DNA of 64,000 bases from Scyliorhinus canicula (taxonomy: Eukaryota), in contig NC_052146.1 in assembly GCF_902713615.1 (NCBI RefSeq), positions 69,583,238 through 69,647,237 on the forward strand, read 5' to 3'. Position 1 is the first letter of the stretch, and each line of letters starts with the position of its first letter. The notes beneath the pieces are model-generated. The model had not been told where the DNA came from, made no database searches, and saw only the letters and a list, made by a program, of their open reading frames with translations. Positions 47,221 to 59,170 of this stretch are shown here, piece after piece. A program made the translations under genes and the position numbers.

Positions 47221-50123
47221 GTTACAGCTTTGTACACACGTTTAGCCGTAAGTTCGATAAACTGTTTCCTACCCAGCCTTTTGGTGAAAGCGGGTAAATG
47301 CAGGGCTCGCCACCTCACTGTCAATGCACATATCTCTGGAGATTTTGCTTCCGAAATAGGTAAAGTTATCTGAAAGTTCAGGGCTGTGTCGCTGACAATT
47401 AGCGTAAATGGGGTGTCGTCAGAGGTAGTGGTGGTTGGTGGGGTACCGCTGTCATTCGTAGACGGATGATCAGCCTACGGTCCTCAGATGTTTTTGAATA
47501 ACAGTATATGATCCAGGGCCATGGTCAAAGTGCGGCACAAGTGCACAAACATCGGTGTGAAGCAATTTCCGTGGGATCACCTCTGATAACCTTAATTCGG
47601 TCCTTTGGGGTTGAAGAGATGGCCATCTGCTTTAAATTGGATTGTCGAGTGTGTATACCATGTAATACCCGCGATGTTACGGAAATGCCACACAGAGCGT
47701 GAAATTCAAATCCCAAAAATAAAATAAGGTAGACATTCGAAATATTAAATAACAATAGAAAGTTCTGGAAACGCTGAGAGATTTCTGCAGCACCTGCCGA
47801 TAAATGGAAAATACTAGCGATTTATAAACTTGCGCTAGTTCTCTGATCAAGAATCTATAATCCTTAACCCTTTCCCTTGCCCTCAAATTCGATATATTTT
47901 TCATAATAATGTTTCTAATAGTGTTTTTACACCTTCTTGCATATAGAACATTGTTGCGTTTATTCTGTATTCTGTTTACTCTAATGTAATGTACGCGTTA
48001 GGAAAACACCAATCAGAGAACTGAAGAGGTTCTGTCCGCATTTTTAATGAGCGGTTTCGCTATTTTATGACCCCGTCGTCTAGAATTCGAGGACTGAAAC
48101 AGAGACATCGCTCGGTCAGATTTCCCGCGATCCTGCCGTTATATCCCATTCAAACTCAATTCATTTAAGGTTTAAATCGAATGAGGGGCGAGCAAGGTTT
48201 GTCCAATGTAACTTCCGGGTTCCAAGAATTTATTTACCTTCTTATCGAGTTTGCCAAATCCCTGTCATTGCATTTTTTCCCTGCCACTTCTATAAAGTTC
48301 TTGTAAGTTTAGTTAGAATGCGAGGGGGACACATCAAGTTGTAAGGTTCGTGGTAAAGCTTCTAGACTCCCAAATTATTCTTTGCATTTTGGCAAGCTGA
48401 TGGGGCTATAGTAACCAAAGCAGTAGTTGGTGTTAATTGCATCTCGTTGGCAGTTTGGCTGAAAGGCGGCGGTTGTGAAATTTACCCTCCCCAAATACTG
48501 GCCATGAGCGAAGATAATATTTACAGTGTGACAGTAACAGGACGGGAGATACTCATCTCAGTGCACCATTCAAGGAGTGTATCATCCAGCATTTTGGTGC
48601 TTTTGGTTATGATAAATCTATTTGGTTTTTATTTCAATGCTTGTTTGGCAGTTGCTCGAGGATGTCTTGCAGGATAACATCGTTAGTGATACAAAAAAAA
48701 CAAGCGCCCTTTTGGAGCTCCTGGTGGTGGCAATTTGTCTTCATTCATTGACGTCGGTTGTATTTTAGAATTAGTATTTTAGGAAACGTTATTTATAACA
48801 TGACACGAATTATTATTGTTATTGGTTTTCTGGAAATCATAATTTCAACAAATAGTTTACCAAGGGGATACTTCCTTTTCCTGTAAACTGCTCTCACTGC
48901 TGGCACTGCAGAACATGCTGTTCACCACAATCTGAGCATGAAATCTTACTCCGGTCCTATTTTCAAGCCAGAACAGAAAAGCTGCAGGTAGAACGATTCA
49001 AGCAGAACGGGTTATGGATAATAAGAGTCAGGCCATAAAATACTGATAAATATTTGCAACTTGATGCAAAGAATATTATTTAAAGAAACATGATCACAGA
49101 AACAGCTATTCCAGACCGGCAATTAACTAAACAAAATTCATATTGTTGTGCGAATAATTTCAGGATCCCAATACATGTGTTCTCCAAGGAGTTTCGCCAA
49201 CATTGTCAGTTATTACTTCCTCCTTTGATTTCTATCAATCTATGACAAATTAAAAATGTGGACTGAATAAACTAAGACATTGAGGTAGCCGAAGAGCTTG
49301 CATTTATATAAGCGCAATTGCTTCCCTGTATTTTCCAATATGTATAAATGTACGACATGACCCAGATGAGACCCATTCCGAGGCTCCTGATCTCTTCCAT
49401 CGAATGATCTTCTTTTGTTGGTGTGATTAATTGAGTCCGACAACATCCGACATCTGCACCATGTTAAAATCGATATCTTTAATTCTCAGTAAAGGAGTTT
49501 TAATATCAAAGAGTAGTTTCCGACTTAACTATGGAAGCTCGCGGATGCTGCAGCGAAACTGATCAAATTGACTAAACTGCTTCGTCGATCTGCTGATGAA
49601 ATTAGAACAGATCCTATGTGCCCTAAAGGAATTCTACTAAGGGGTTAATTAGATAATATACTTGATCGAATCTGTAGAGATGATTATTTATTATTTTACA
49701 GTGCCTCAAATTGCTAACCGGTCCTGGAAAGTGGAACCCTGGTAGCATTGATCTCACATTGCTTACCGACCTTTCACGGTTTGTTTTCGACATTGTTGGA
49801 AGTATTCTTATTTGAATTGAACAATGAGATGTACATTTCCAAACAAGCATTGCTATGAACGTGTGTAGTGTTCCTGCAAAGATAATACTTTACATGCAAT
49901 TAATTCCTTGCAGCTATTTTCTTAATCTATATTTTAACTTTCGGGAAGTACTCCACGTGTCCTCCACGTGTTTGTTCGGCCTCCATGGAGAGGTAGGTCA
50001 CCTCCATGGAGAGGTATTTCTGATTCGCTTGCACAACTGTTATAAGAGCAAAAATCCAATACTCTGACTTTCGACCATTTACATGCGGCAATCCTCACGC
50101 TTCTATATGTTTCTACTCTTCAG

Positions 50124-50444
50124 ATCCACGAGGCCCCTCGGTGTCCGTCCTTCCGCCGTCATCGGATCAAATCGCAGCGAAGGACACAGCGACCCTGGTG
50201 TGTTTGGTGAGCGGGTTTAACCCGGGAGCTGCGGAGATTGAATGGACTGTAGACGGCAGTGTCAGAGGGAATGGGGTTGAGACCAGTCGGATCCAGCAGC
50301 AGGCGGACAACACGTTCAGTGTGAGCAGCTATCTGACTGTCAGCCTCAGAGTGGAACTCACACGAGCTTTACTCCTGTCTGGTCAAACACGAGATTCAGG
50401 CAAACCCGTTCAGAGCAACTATCTCCAGATCCAGCTGTACCTGA
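50124..50444 (+). pseudogene. IGLC: Ig light chain constant exon, pseudogene 2, with a 2-bp deletion
   Basis: Acceptor CTCTTCAG. It reads (N)PRGPSVSVLPPS..TATLVCLVSGFNPG... CT is missing near 50338 relative to gene 1. The ancestral frame ends SRSSCT-TGA (50442-44). AATAAA at 50558-63. Confidence 0.94.
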
Positions 50445-50645
50445 TTCAAAACTCGTTTGTATTGATCTGTTGTACTGTTAGTTAAAAATATTTTCCAAAT
50501 TAAAGTTCCCCCTCCATAGATTACATGTTTAATTTTAAGAGAAATATTTCAAATTACAATAAATGTTTACTTTGGAACCCAATGACTCAATCTTACCGTG
50601 TGTTCATCCTGAACTGAGCTTCCATGTAACGTTACAGGCGTAGGA

Positions 50646-51240
50646 TCTCACGGTGGAGCAGTGGTTAGCACTGCTGCCAACGGCGCTGGACTCCCGGGTC
50701 TGCAAGATTATGAGGGGCATAGACAGAGTGGATAGTCAGAGACTTTTTCCCAGGGTGGAGGGGTCAATTACTAGGGGGCATAGGTTTAAGATGCCGGGGC
50801 AAGGTTTAGAGGAGATGTACTAGGCAAGTTTTTTTTACACAGAGGGTAGTGGGTGCCTGGAACTCGCTGCCGGAGGAGGTGGTGGAAGTAGGGAGGATAG
50901 TGACGTTCAAGGGACATCTTGACAAATACATGAATAGGATGGGAATAGAGGGATACAGACCCCGGAAGTATAGACAATTTTAGTTTAGACGGGCAGCATG
51001 GTCGGCGCAGGCTTGGAAGGCCAAAAGGCCTGTTCCTGTGCTGTACTTTTCTTTGTTCTTTGTTCCTTGTTCATCCCGGCTTCGGGTCACTGTCTGTGTG
51101 CAGTTTTCACATTCTCCCCATGCCTGCGTGAGTCTCACTCCCACAGCCCAAAGATGTGTAGGTTAGGTGAATTGGTGCGCTAAATTGCCCCTTAATTGGA
51201 GAAAGAAAATGGGCATTCTAAAGTTATATAATTTTTTTAA
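50646..51240 (+). mobile_element. V-SINE split by a CR1 3' fragment (50700-51070)
   Basis: SINE head at 50646-50699, CR1 3' end with a TGTTCTT tail, then the SINE body resumes at about 51071. Confidence 0.7.
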
Positions 51241-51519
51241 AAATATGCAGCGCAATAAAGGTATTCCTGCATTATCTCAAGTGCAGTTAATATTTTCTAT
51301 GGGGTGCCTCTGTACTAATTGGAACAACTTCATAAACTTGATTAGAGAGTGAGGTTTAATTCTTTGTGAAAATCTGCAACTTTTAGTTGAATCACTCAGA
51401 AAGGTGAGTTCATGTACACAATAGTTGACTAAATGACATATTGGGAAATAAATATGTTTATTTCACAACAAAATCTTAACTCTTGCTGAGATTACAGCAA
51501 AAAACACATCATTCTGCTG

Positions 51520-51881
51520 TGATGTGGAGATGCCGGCGTTGGACTGGGTGAGCACAGTAAGAAGTCTTACAACACCAGGTTAAAGTCCAACAGGTTTGAT
51601 TCAAACACAAGCTTTCGGAGCGCAGCTCCTTCCTCAGGTGAATGAGGATTTAATTTTAAGAGAAATATTTCAAATTACAATAAATGTTTACTTTGGAACC
51701 CAATGACTCAATCTTACCGTGTGTTCATCCTGAACTGAGGTTCCATGTAACGTTACAGGCATAGGATCTCACGGTGGAGCAGTGGTTCCATCCTTCACCT
51801 GAGGAAGGAGCTGCGCTCTGAAAGCTCGTGTTTGAATCAAACCTGTTGGACTTTAACCTGGTGTTGTAAGACTTCTTACTG
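51520..51881. mobile_element. Penelope-like insertion: inverted 88-bp arms around a captured 139-bp local sequence, 14-bp target-site duplication
   Basis: ACATCATTCTGCTG at 51506-19 and 51882-95. The arms 51555-51642 and 51794-51881 are reverse complements (86/88). The insert 51649-51787 copies 50528-50666 (137/139). Confidence 0.8.
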
Positions 51882-52089
51882 ACATCATTCTGCTGGACTG
51901 GGTAATGCCACTTGACAACAAGTTCAATATTCTAACCACTCACTGGGCAAGAAATCGATTCCTGAATACTTTATTCAATTTATTGGTGATGACCAGATCA
52001 ATCACACCTAGTATTGTATTCCCCACAGGTTTAGCCGTCTTCTCTGATGCTACGATATTAAACACCTTTGTACTAGTTCACCCTAGAAG

Positions 52090-52600
52090 ATAAAGGGCTA
52101 TCCAATCTTGCTGCATAGTTACAGCCTTTTTGTTGCAATATCATTAACTAGTAATGCAGTGCTTCCTCCTCCCTTCTTGTGCAGCATATCCACCCATGGT
52201 GCCATTAAGTTGGCTGCTACACTTTTCCTCGATACAATCACCCCCCACCCCAACAATATCCAAATTGGTATATCTGTTGGAAAGGGGGCTGCACTATCTG
52301 CCTACCTCTACTCTTCTTGGTGATCACCCATGCCCTCTCTTCCTGTTCAATCTTCAGCTGCGATGTGACAACCTCACTGAATGTGCTATCCATGACCTGC
52401 TCAGCACCACAGATGCTACACAGTGAATCCACCCTCAGCTCCAGTTCTGAAATGTGGTTAGTCAGTAGCTGCAGTTGGACACACTTCCTGCACACGTGGC
52501 CACCACGGACAACTGGAGCTTCTATGATCTACCACAGAGCACAGGAGGAGCATAACAGAGGAGCGAACTCTCCTCCCATGACTAGGCCCCTTATTTACTT
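52090..52600 (-). mobile_element. Degenerate CR1 ORF1 fragment
   Basis: CRKCVQLQLLTNHISELELRVDSL resembles the ORF1 at 30521. Confidence 0.75.
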
Positions 52601-53415
52601 CCTTTTTAAACTATCTAAATTAAAGTAATCAATTAATTAGTTTTTATTTTACTCTTTTATTTAACATGCCTTTGGTTTAGAGACCCCCCTACTTATGATT
52701 TAGTAAGCAAATATGGCTAATTTGCAGCGTAGCTCTATATAGTGTCCACTGTCCTAAACTCAATACAGTAATACCTTTGAATAACAATATTTAACAATCT
52801 CGGATTTGAGATTAGGAATTAATGTAGCAGCGATTGCCTTTTACAGAAAAGAGTTGCAAACTTCAAACATCTTTGTGTCTGTAAATGTTTCTGAATCACA
52901 TTCCTGAAGGATGTGGCTGTCCTCACATCTCACATCCCACCATTGACCTGACCTGTAACTCTTAAAAATCTGAAAAAACAGTGATCCAATCACCACTTAA
53001 CTATCTAAATTACTGGGGGTATGGCGCTAGTTTGTGTAACCTCTCCTAATTTAACCCCTGAAGCTCATTCTCGCTGCACCCACTCCAAGGTCAATACATC
53101 CTTCCTAATGTATTGTGTCCTTAATTGCTCACAAACTAAGTGTAATAGAACCAGGGTATATCCAATTTGCCAAGTGGGAAGGACAGTCCAGGAGGGAAGG
53201 ACAGTCCAAGAGGGAAGGACAGTCCAGGAGGGAAGGACAGTCCGGGAGAGAAGGACGGTCCGGGAGAGAAGGTCAGTTCGGGAGAGATGGACAGTCAGGG
53301 AGGGATGGACAGTCCGGGGGAGAAGGCCAGTCCGGGAGGGAAGGACAGTTCAAGAGGGAAGGACAGTCCAGGAGGGAAGGACAGTCCAGGAGGGAAGGAC
53401 AGTCCAAGAGGGAAG

Positions 53416-54369
53416 TGTAGCCATCTGAGATGGACACTGGGCTACAAAATGGAGAACCGCAAGGAACACAGGGAAAAACAGTCATAGTGAGGACACACAG
53501 CTTGCAAAAGACTGTTTTGCATTTTGCACGTACAGAAACCAGTTTCCAAAGAGTTGCAGAGTTTCAGCCAAAGGTGCAAATGGGAAACAGATCTGCATAT
53601 TAATGAGGTGATCCCAGCCCAGGCTCAGGTACAATAGAAACATTTAAGTATCAATGGATACTTTTCCATAGACGCCCAGACAGAATGGCGCCAAAGCAAC
53701 CAAAACAAAGAGCCGTAGGGACCACCCCAAACATTGATAAACGACCCTAGGATTGGGGAGTTTGAAAGATATCGATTGGGAAAGACCCGATCGATACCTA
53801 GCAGGTGAAAGAGCCCGCCCCAAGGGGCACAGACTTCTAGGACCTATAAAGAGAAGGTCAAGCACATGACTTGGTCTGTTGCTTCCAGACTCCGGCCCAG
53901 ATCTGTTACATCGCATCCTGACTCCAGTTTCATCACCGGCCGTTGAGCATCAGCCATCGAACTGTAAGTGCCAACACAACGATCGCTACGTGATCCAGAC
54001 CTTGCTATCCCTTGACAACTTTGCCAATCAGAAAGTTACAGACCAAGAACGGGACGAAGGCCTTGCTCCCTGACCTTGCCTGTTCCTGTCTAGATAAGTA
54101 TTTAGTTGTTTAGTATTAGAAGTAAGTTAGTCTCTTTAGCGTATGTATGTGTATTTATTATATTTGTTATAATAAACACCAATCGTTTGGACTTACTAAT
54201 CGGTGTACGGATTTATTACTTTGAACCTGACCTTGATATACTTGTGACGGTGTCTCAATACGGCACCTGGCGACTCCGAGCATAATTACACATACAGAGC
54301 CATAATAGTGTTAAGCACACGGCCTTTAAACGGAGGCATGTTAATCACACTCCAGTAAAACGAGCAACA
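53416..54369 (+). mobile_element. Solo LTR (Gypsy- or ERV-like), 954 bp
   Basis: TGT...ACA termini, a 4-bp duplication GAAG on both sides, TATAAA at 53845-50 and AATAAA at 54171-76. Confidence 0.75.
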
Positions 54370-54615
54370 GAAGGACAGTCCAGGAGGGAAGGACAGTCCG
54401 GGAGGGAAGGACAGTCCAAGAGGGAAGGACAGTCCAAGAGGGAAGGACAGTCCAGGAGGGAAGGACAGTCCAAGAGGGAAGGACAGTCCAAGAGGGAAGG
54501 ACAGTCCAAGAGGGAAGGACAGTCCAAGAGGGAAGGACAGGCCGGGAGGGAAGGACAGTCCAAGAGGGAAGGACAGTCCGGGAGGGAAGGACAGTCCAAG
54601 CGGGAAGGACAGTCA

Positions 54616-54953
54616 GGGGCCTCACGGTAGCATGGTGGTTAGCACCAATGCTTCACAGCTCCAGGGTCCCAGGTTCGATTCCCGGCTGGGTCACTGTCTG
54701 TGTGGAGTCTGCACATCCTCCCTGTGTGTGCGTGGGTTTCCTCCGGGTGCTCCGGTTTCCTCCCACAGTCCAAAGATGTGCGGGTTAGGTGGATTGGCCA
54801 TGATAAATTGCCCGTAGTGTAAGGTTAATGGGGGGATTGTTGGGTTACGGGTATACGGGTTACGTGGGTTTAAAGTAGGGTGATCATTGTTCGGCACAAC
54901 ATCGAGGGCCGAAGGGCCTGTTCTGTGCTGTACTGTTCTATGTTCTATGTTCT
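54616..54953 (+). mobile_element. V-SINE inserted in the minisatellite
   Basis: Complete copy with a (TGTTCTA)n tail. Confidence 0.9.
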
Positions 54954-57900
54954 AGTCCGGGAGAGAAGAACAGTCCATGAGAGAAGGACAGTCTCAGAGG
55001 GAGGCACAGTCCGGGAGGGAGGGACAATCCAGGAGGGAAGGACAGTCCGGGAGGGAAGGACAGTCCAAGAGGGAAGGACAGTCCAAGAGGGAAGGACAGT
55101 CCAAGAGGGAAGGACAGTCCAAGAAGGAAGGACAGTCCAAGAGGGAAGGACAGTCCAGGAGAGAAGGACAGTCCAAGAGGGAAGGACAGTCCAAGAAGGA
55201 AGGACAGTCCAAGAGGGAAGGACAGTCCGGGAGAGAAGGACAGTCCAAGAGGGAAGGACAGTCCAAGAGGGAAGGACAGTCCAAGAGGGAAGGACAGTCC
55301 GGGAGGGAAGGACAGTCCAAGCGGGAAGGACAGTCCGGGAGAGAAGAACAGTCCAAGAGGGAAAGACAGTCCGGGAGAGAAGGACAGTCCAGGAGAGAAG
55401 GACAGTCTCGGAGGGAGGCACAGTCCAGGAGGGAAGGACAGTCCAAGAGGGAAGGACTGTCCGGGAGGGAAGGACAGTCCAAGAGGGAAGGACAGTCCAG
55501 GAGGGAAGGACAGTCCGGGAGAGAAGAACAGTCCAAGAGGGAAGGACAGTCTGGGAGAGAAGGACAGTCCAGGAGAGAAGGACAGTCTCGGAGGGAGGCA
55601 CAGTCCGGGAGGGAGGGACAATCTAGGAGGGAAGGACAGTCAGGGACGGAGGGACAGTCCGGGAGGGAAGGACAGTCCAAGAGGGAAGGACAGTCCAAGA
55701 GGGAAGGACAGTCCGGGAGGGAGGGATAATCCAGGAGGGAAGGACAGTCCGGGAGGGAAGGACAGTCAGGGACGGCGGGACAGTCCGGGAGGGAAGGACA
55801 GTCCAAGAGGGAAGGACAGTCCAAGAGGGAAGGACAGTCCAAGAGGGAAGGACAGTCCGGGAGGGAAGGACAGTCCAAGAGGGAAGGACAGTCCAAGAGG
55901 GAAGGACAGTCCGGGAGGGAAGGACAGTCCAAGAGGGAAGGACAGTCCAAGCGGGAAGGACAGTCCGGGAGAGAAGGACAGTCCAAGAGGGAAGGACAGT
56001 CCGGGAGAGAAGGACAGTCTCGGAGGGAGGCACAGTCCGGGAGGGAGGGACAGTCCAGGAGGGAAGGACAGTCCGGGAGGGAAGGACAGTCAGGGATGGA
56101 GGGACAGTCCGGGAGGGAAGGACTGTCTGGGAGGGAAGGACAGTCCGAGCAGGAAGGACAGTCCGAGCAGGAAGGACAGTCCTGAAGGGAAGGACAGTCC
56201 AAGCGGGAAGGACAGACTGAGCGGGAAGGACACTCCGGGACGGAAGAACAGTCCGGGAGGGAAGGACAGTCTGGGAGGGGGTTGTCAGTCTGGGAGGGGC
56301 TTGTCAGTCTGGGAGGGAAAGATAGGCCGGAGGGAAGGACAGTTCGGGAGGGGTTTATGAGCCTGGGAGGGAAGGACAGTTCAGATGGAAGGACAGTCTG
56401 AGCGGGAAGGACAGTCCGGTGGGAAGAACAGTCCGGGAGGGAAGGACAGTCTGGGAGGGAAGGACAGTCTGGGAGGGAAGCACAGTCAGGGATGGAAGAA
56501 CAGTTCAGACGGAAGGACCGTCCAGGAGGGACTGAAATGGAAATTGCTTATTGTCACGGGTAGGCTTCCGGCGTCTGTTCGGGGAGACAGTCGGGGAGAC
56601 AGTCCGGAGGACAGTTCGGAGGGAAGGACAGTCTGGAGGGAAGGACAGTGCTGAGGGAAGGACAGTCTGGAGGGAAGGACAGTCTGGAGGGAAGGATAGT
56701 CTGGAGGGAAGGACAGTCCTGAGGGAAGGATAGTCTGGAGGGAAGGACAGCCTGGAGGGAAGGACAGTCCTGAGGGAAGGACAGTCTGGAGGGAAGGACA
56801 GTCTGGAGGGAAGGACAGTCCTGAGGGAAGGACAGACTGGAGGGAAGGACAGTCCTGAGGGAAGGACAGTCTGGAGGGAAGGACAGTCTGGAGGGAAGGA
56901 CAGTCTGAGGGAAGGGCTGTCTGGAAGGGAAGGACAGTCTGGAGGGAAGGATAGTCTGGAGGGAAGGACAGTCCTGAGGAAAGGACAGTCTGGAGGGAAG
57001 GACAGTCTGGAGGGAAGGACAGTCCTGAGGGAAGGACAGTCCTGGGGGAAGGACAGTCTGGAGGGAAGGACAGTCTGGAGGGAAGGACAGTCCTGAGGGA
57101 AGGACTGTCCTGAGGGAAGGACAGTCTGGAGGGAAGAATAGTCTGGAGGGAAGGACAGTCCTGAGGGAAGGACAGTCTGGAGGGAAGGACAGTCCGGGAT
57201 GGAAGGACAGTCTGGAGGGAAGGATAGTCTGGAGGGAAGGACAGTCCGGAGGGAAGGACAGTCCAGAAGGAAGGACTGTCCGGGATGGAAGGATAGTCTG
57301 GAGGGAAGGACAGTCCGGAAGGATGGACTGTCCGGGAGGGAAGGACAGTCCGGAGGGAAGGTCATGAATGGGAGAAATGGAAAGGGGCGCAGGGCCAGAT
57401 AGGGGGATGTTGGGCCAGACGGACGGGAGGGGCAGAGGCTGTCCGGTGTGTGTGGAGTGTTCCCTGCGAGGCTGAGTCTTAGTGTTTGAACAGTTGCTCT
57501 GGAGTTATATATGATTTCATTCCTTCGAACTCTTTTCAGAGTAACTATCAGGCTAAAGCTGGCAGAACTGCCGAAGTTCGCAACTTAAATCACTTCTGTG
57601 AGATGGTTCCTTGCCCAGCGCAATTGTCCAGAGACAGTTCGCACTTCTGGGCAATTGCCTGGTAAACCCTTAGGTGGCAACCTCCTCGGGGGATTCCGCT
57701 GGGCAACCAGGAAGGTAACAATATTCTGACCGCATTGCGCAGCATCATAAATATTATCCAGGTGAATGTGCCCATGACCCAGCAATATTTAATGAGATAG
57801 CCTTTTGTTCGGCCCACGCACTGCAGAACAACGGTTACTTATATCTACAAATATCTGGTGACTCTCGTGCAAAAGGACATTCAATAAAGCAGCGTCCTGC

Positions 57901-58569
57901 AGCAAAAATAAAGTAATGTTCTCTGTAAAATTATTTATTTATTTATTAATTCCTTCTCACTTTATCTGTGCAGGCGGTAAACGTCTGCTGTTCCTGGCTC
58001 TTGCTCTGCCCATCTAACCACTGAAACCCTTGCCTACAGGCTGCTGCCACATTGCGTCGCTGGTGGAGGGATTGAATGTTTAACGTGGCGATCAGTAGGG
58101 GGTTGCAAACAAGCGGGATGATGGCGTCAATTTCTTCAGTGCTGATGGAGACTCATCAAGGCAAGTATAGGTTATTCCATCACACACCCTCGACTTGTGT
58201 TTGTGAATGTTGGACAGCTTTTGCGAGTCAGAAGGCAAGTAAATCACCCCAGAATTCCCAGATCAGGCTCTTGTCGCCACGGCGTATCTATGGCTGATCC
58301 GACTAAATTGTTGGTAACCAATTAAGGGTTTGAATCATAACTTCATTTGATGATAATCTTAGAATAAAAGCAAATTACTGCAAATGCTGAAATGTGAAAC
58401 AGAAATGCAGGACAATCTCAGGGGGCCTGACAGCACCGGTGCAGAGAGAACAGAGCTAACGTTTCAAGTCTGGATAACTCTTCCTCAATTCCCAGGATAT
58501 TTAATATTCAAATTATTTACAATGCAACCATTGGGAACGGGTTTTCGAGAGTAAACAGGAATCTGTTGT

Positions 58570-59170
58570 GAAACTCTAACCGCAGCTATAGAACAGTTGA
58601 GACTCTGGGGCTGTACTCGATGGCGTTTAGAACGATGAGGGGGGACCTTATTGAAACTTACAGGATACTGCCAGGCCTGGATAGAGTGGACGTGGAGAGA
58701 CTGTTTCCACTTGTAGGAAAAACTAGAACCAGAGGATGCCATCTCAGACTAAATGGATTATCCTTGAAAACAGAGATGGGAAGGAATTTCTTCCGCCAGA
58801 GAGTGGTGAATCTGTGGAACTCTGCCGCAGAAGCTGTGGAGGCCAAATCACTGAGTGTCTTTAAGACAGAGATAGATAGGTTTTTGGGGGCGGCACGGTA
58901 GCACAGTGGTCACACTCCCTATGTCTGCTTGGGTTTCCTCCGGGTGCTCTGGTTTCCTCCCACAGTCCAAAGATGTGCAGGTTAGGTGGATTGGCTGTGC
59001 TAAATTGCCCTTCGGTTAGTTGGGGTTACTGGGTTACGGGGAAGGGGTGGAGGTGTGGCCTTAAGTGGGTGCTCTTTACAAGAGCTGGTGCAGACTCGAT
59101 GTGGCGAATGGCATCCTTCTGCACTGTAAATTCTATGATCAATAAGGGGATCAGGGGTTATGGGGAAACC
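58570..59170 (+). mobile_element. CR1 3' fragment interrupted by a V-SINE (58886-59139)
   Basis: FRTMRGDLIETY..RVVNLWNS; the CR1 text resumes with CAATAAGGGGATCAGG after the SINE. Confidence 0.8.

Larger units (their letters stand above)
53176..57360. repeat. 18-bp purine-rich minisatellite GGGAAGGACAGTC-NNNNA, about 4.2 kb including insertions
   Basis: The left domain units end CAAGA/CAGGA/CGGGA. The right domain (after ~56570) units end TGGA/CTGA. Confidence 0.96.

Noticed and set aside
53021-57402. EGRTVQ/REGQSK/DCPSLP repeat proteins
   Set aside because: They are frames of the 18-bp minisatellite, interrupted by an LTR and a SINE, with no supported splice or start context.
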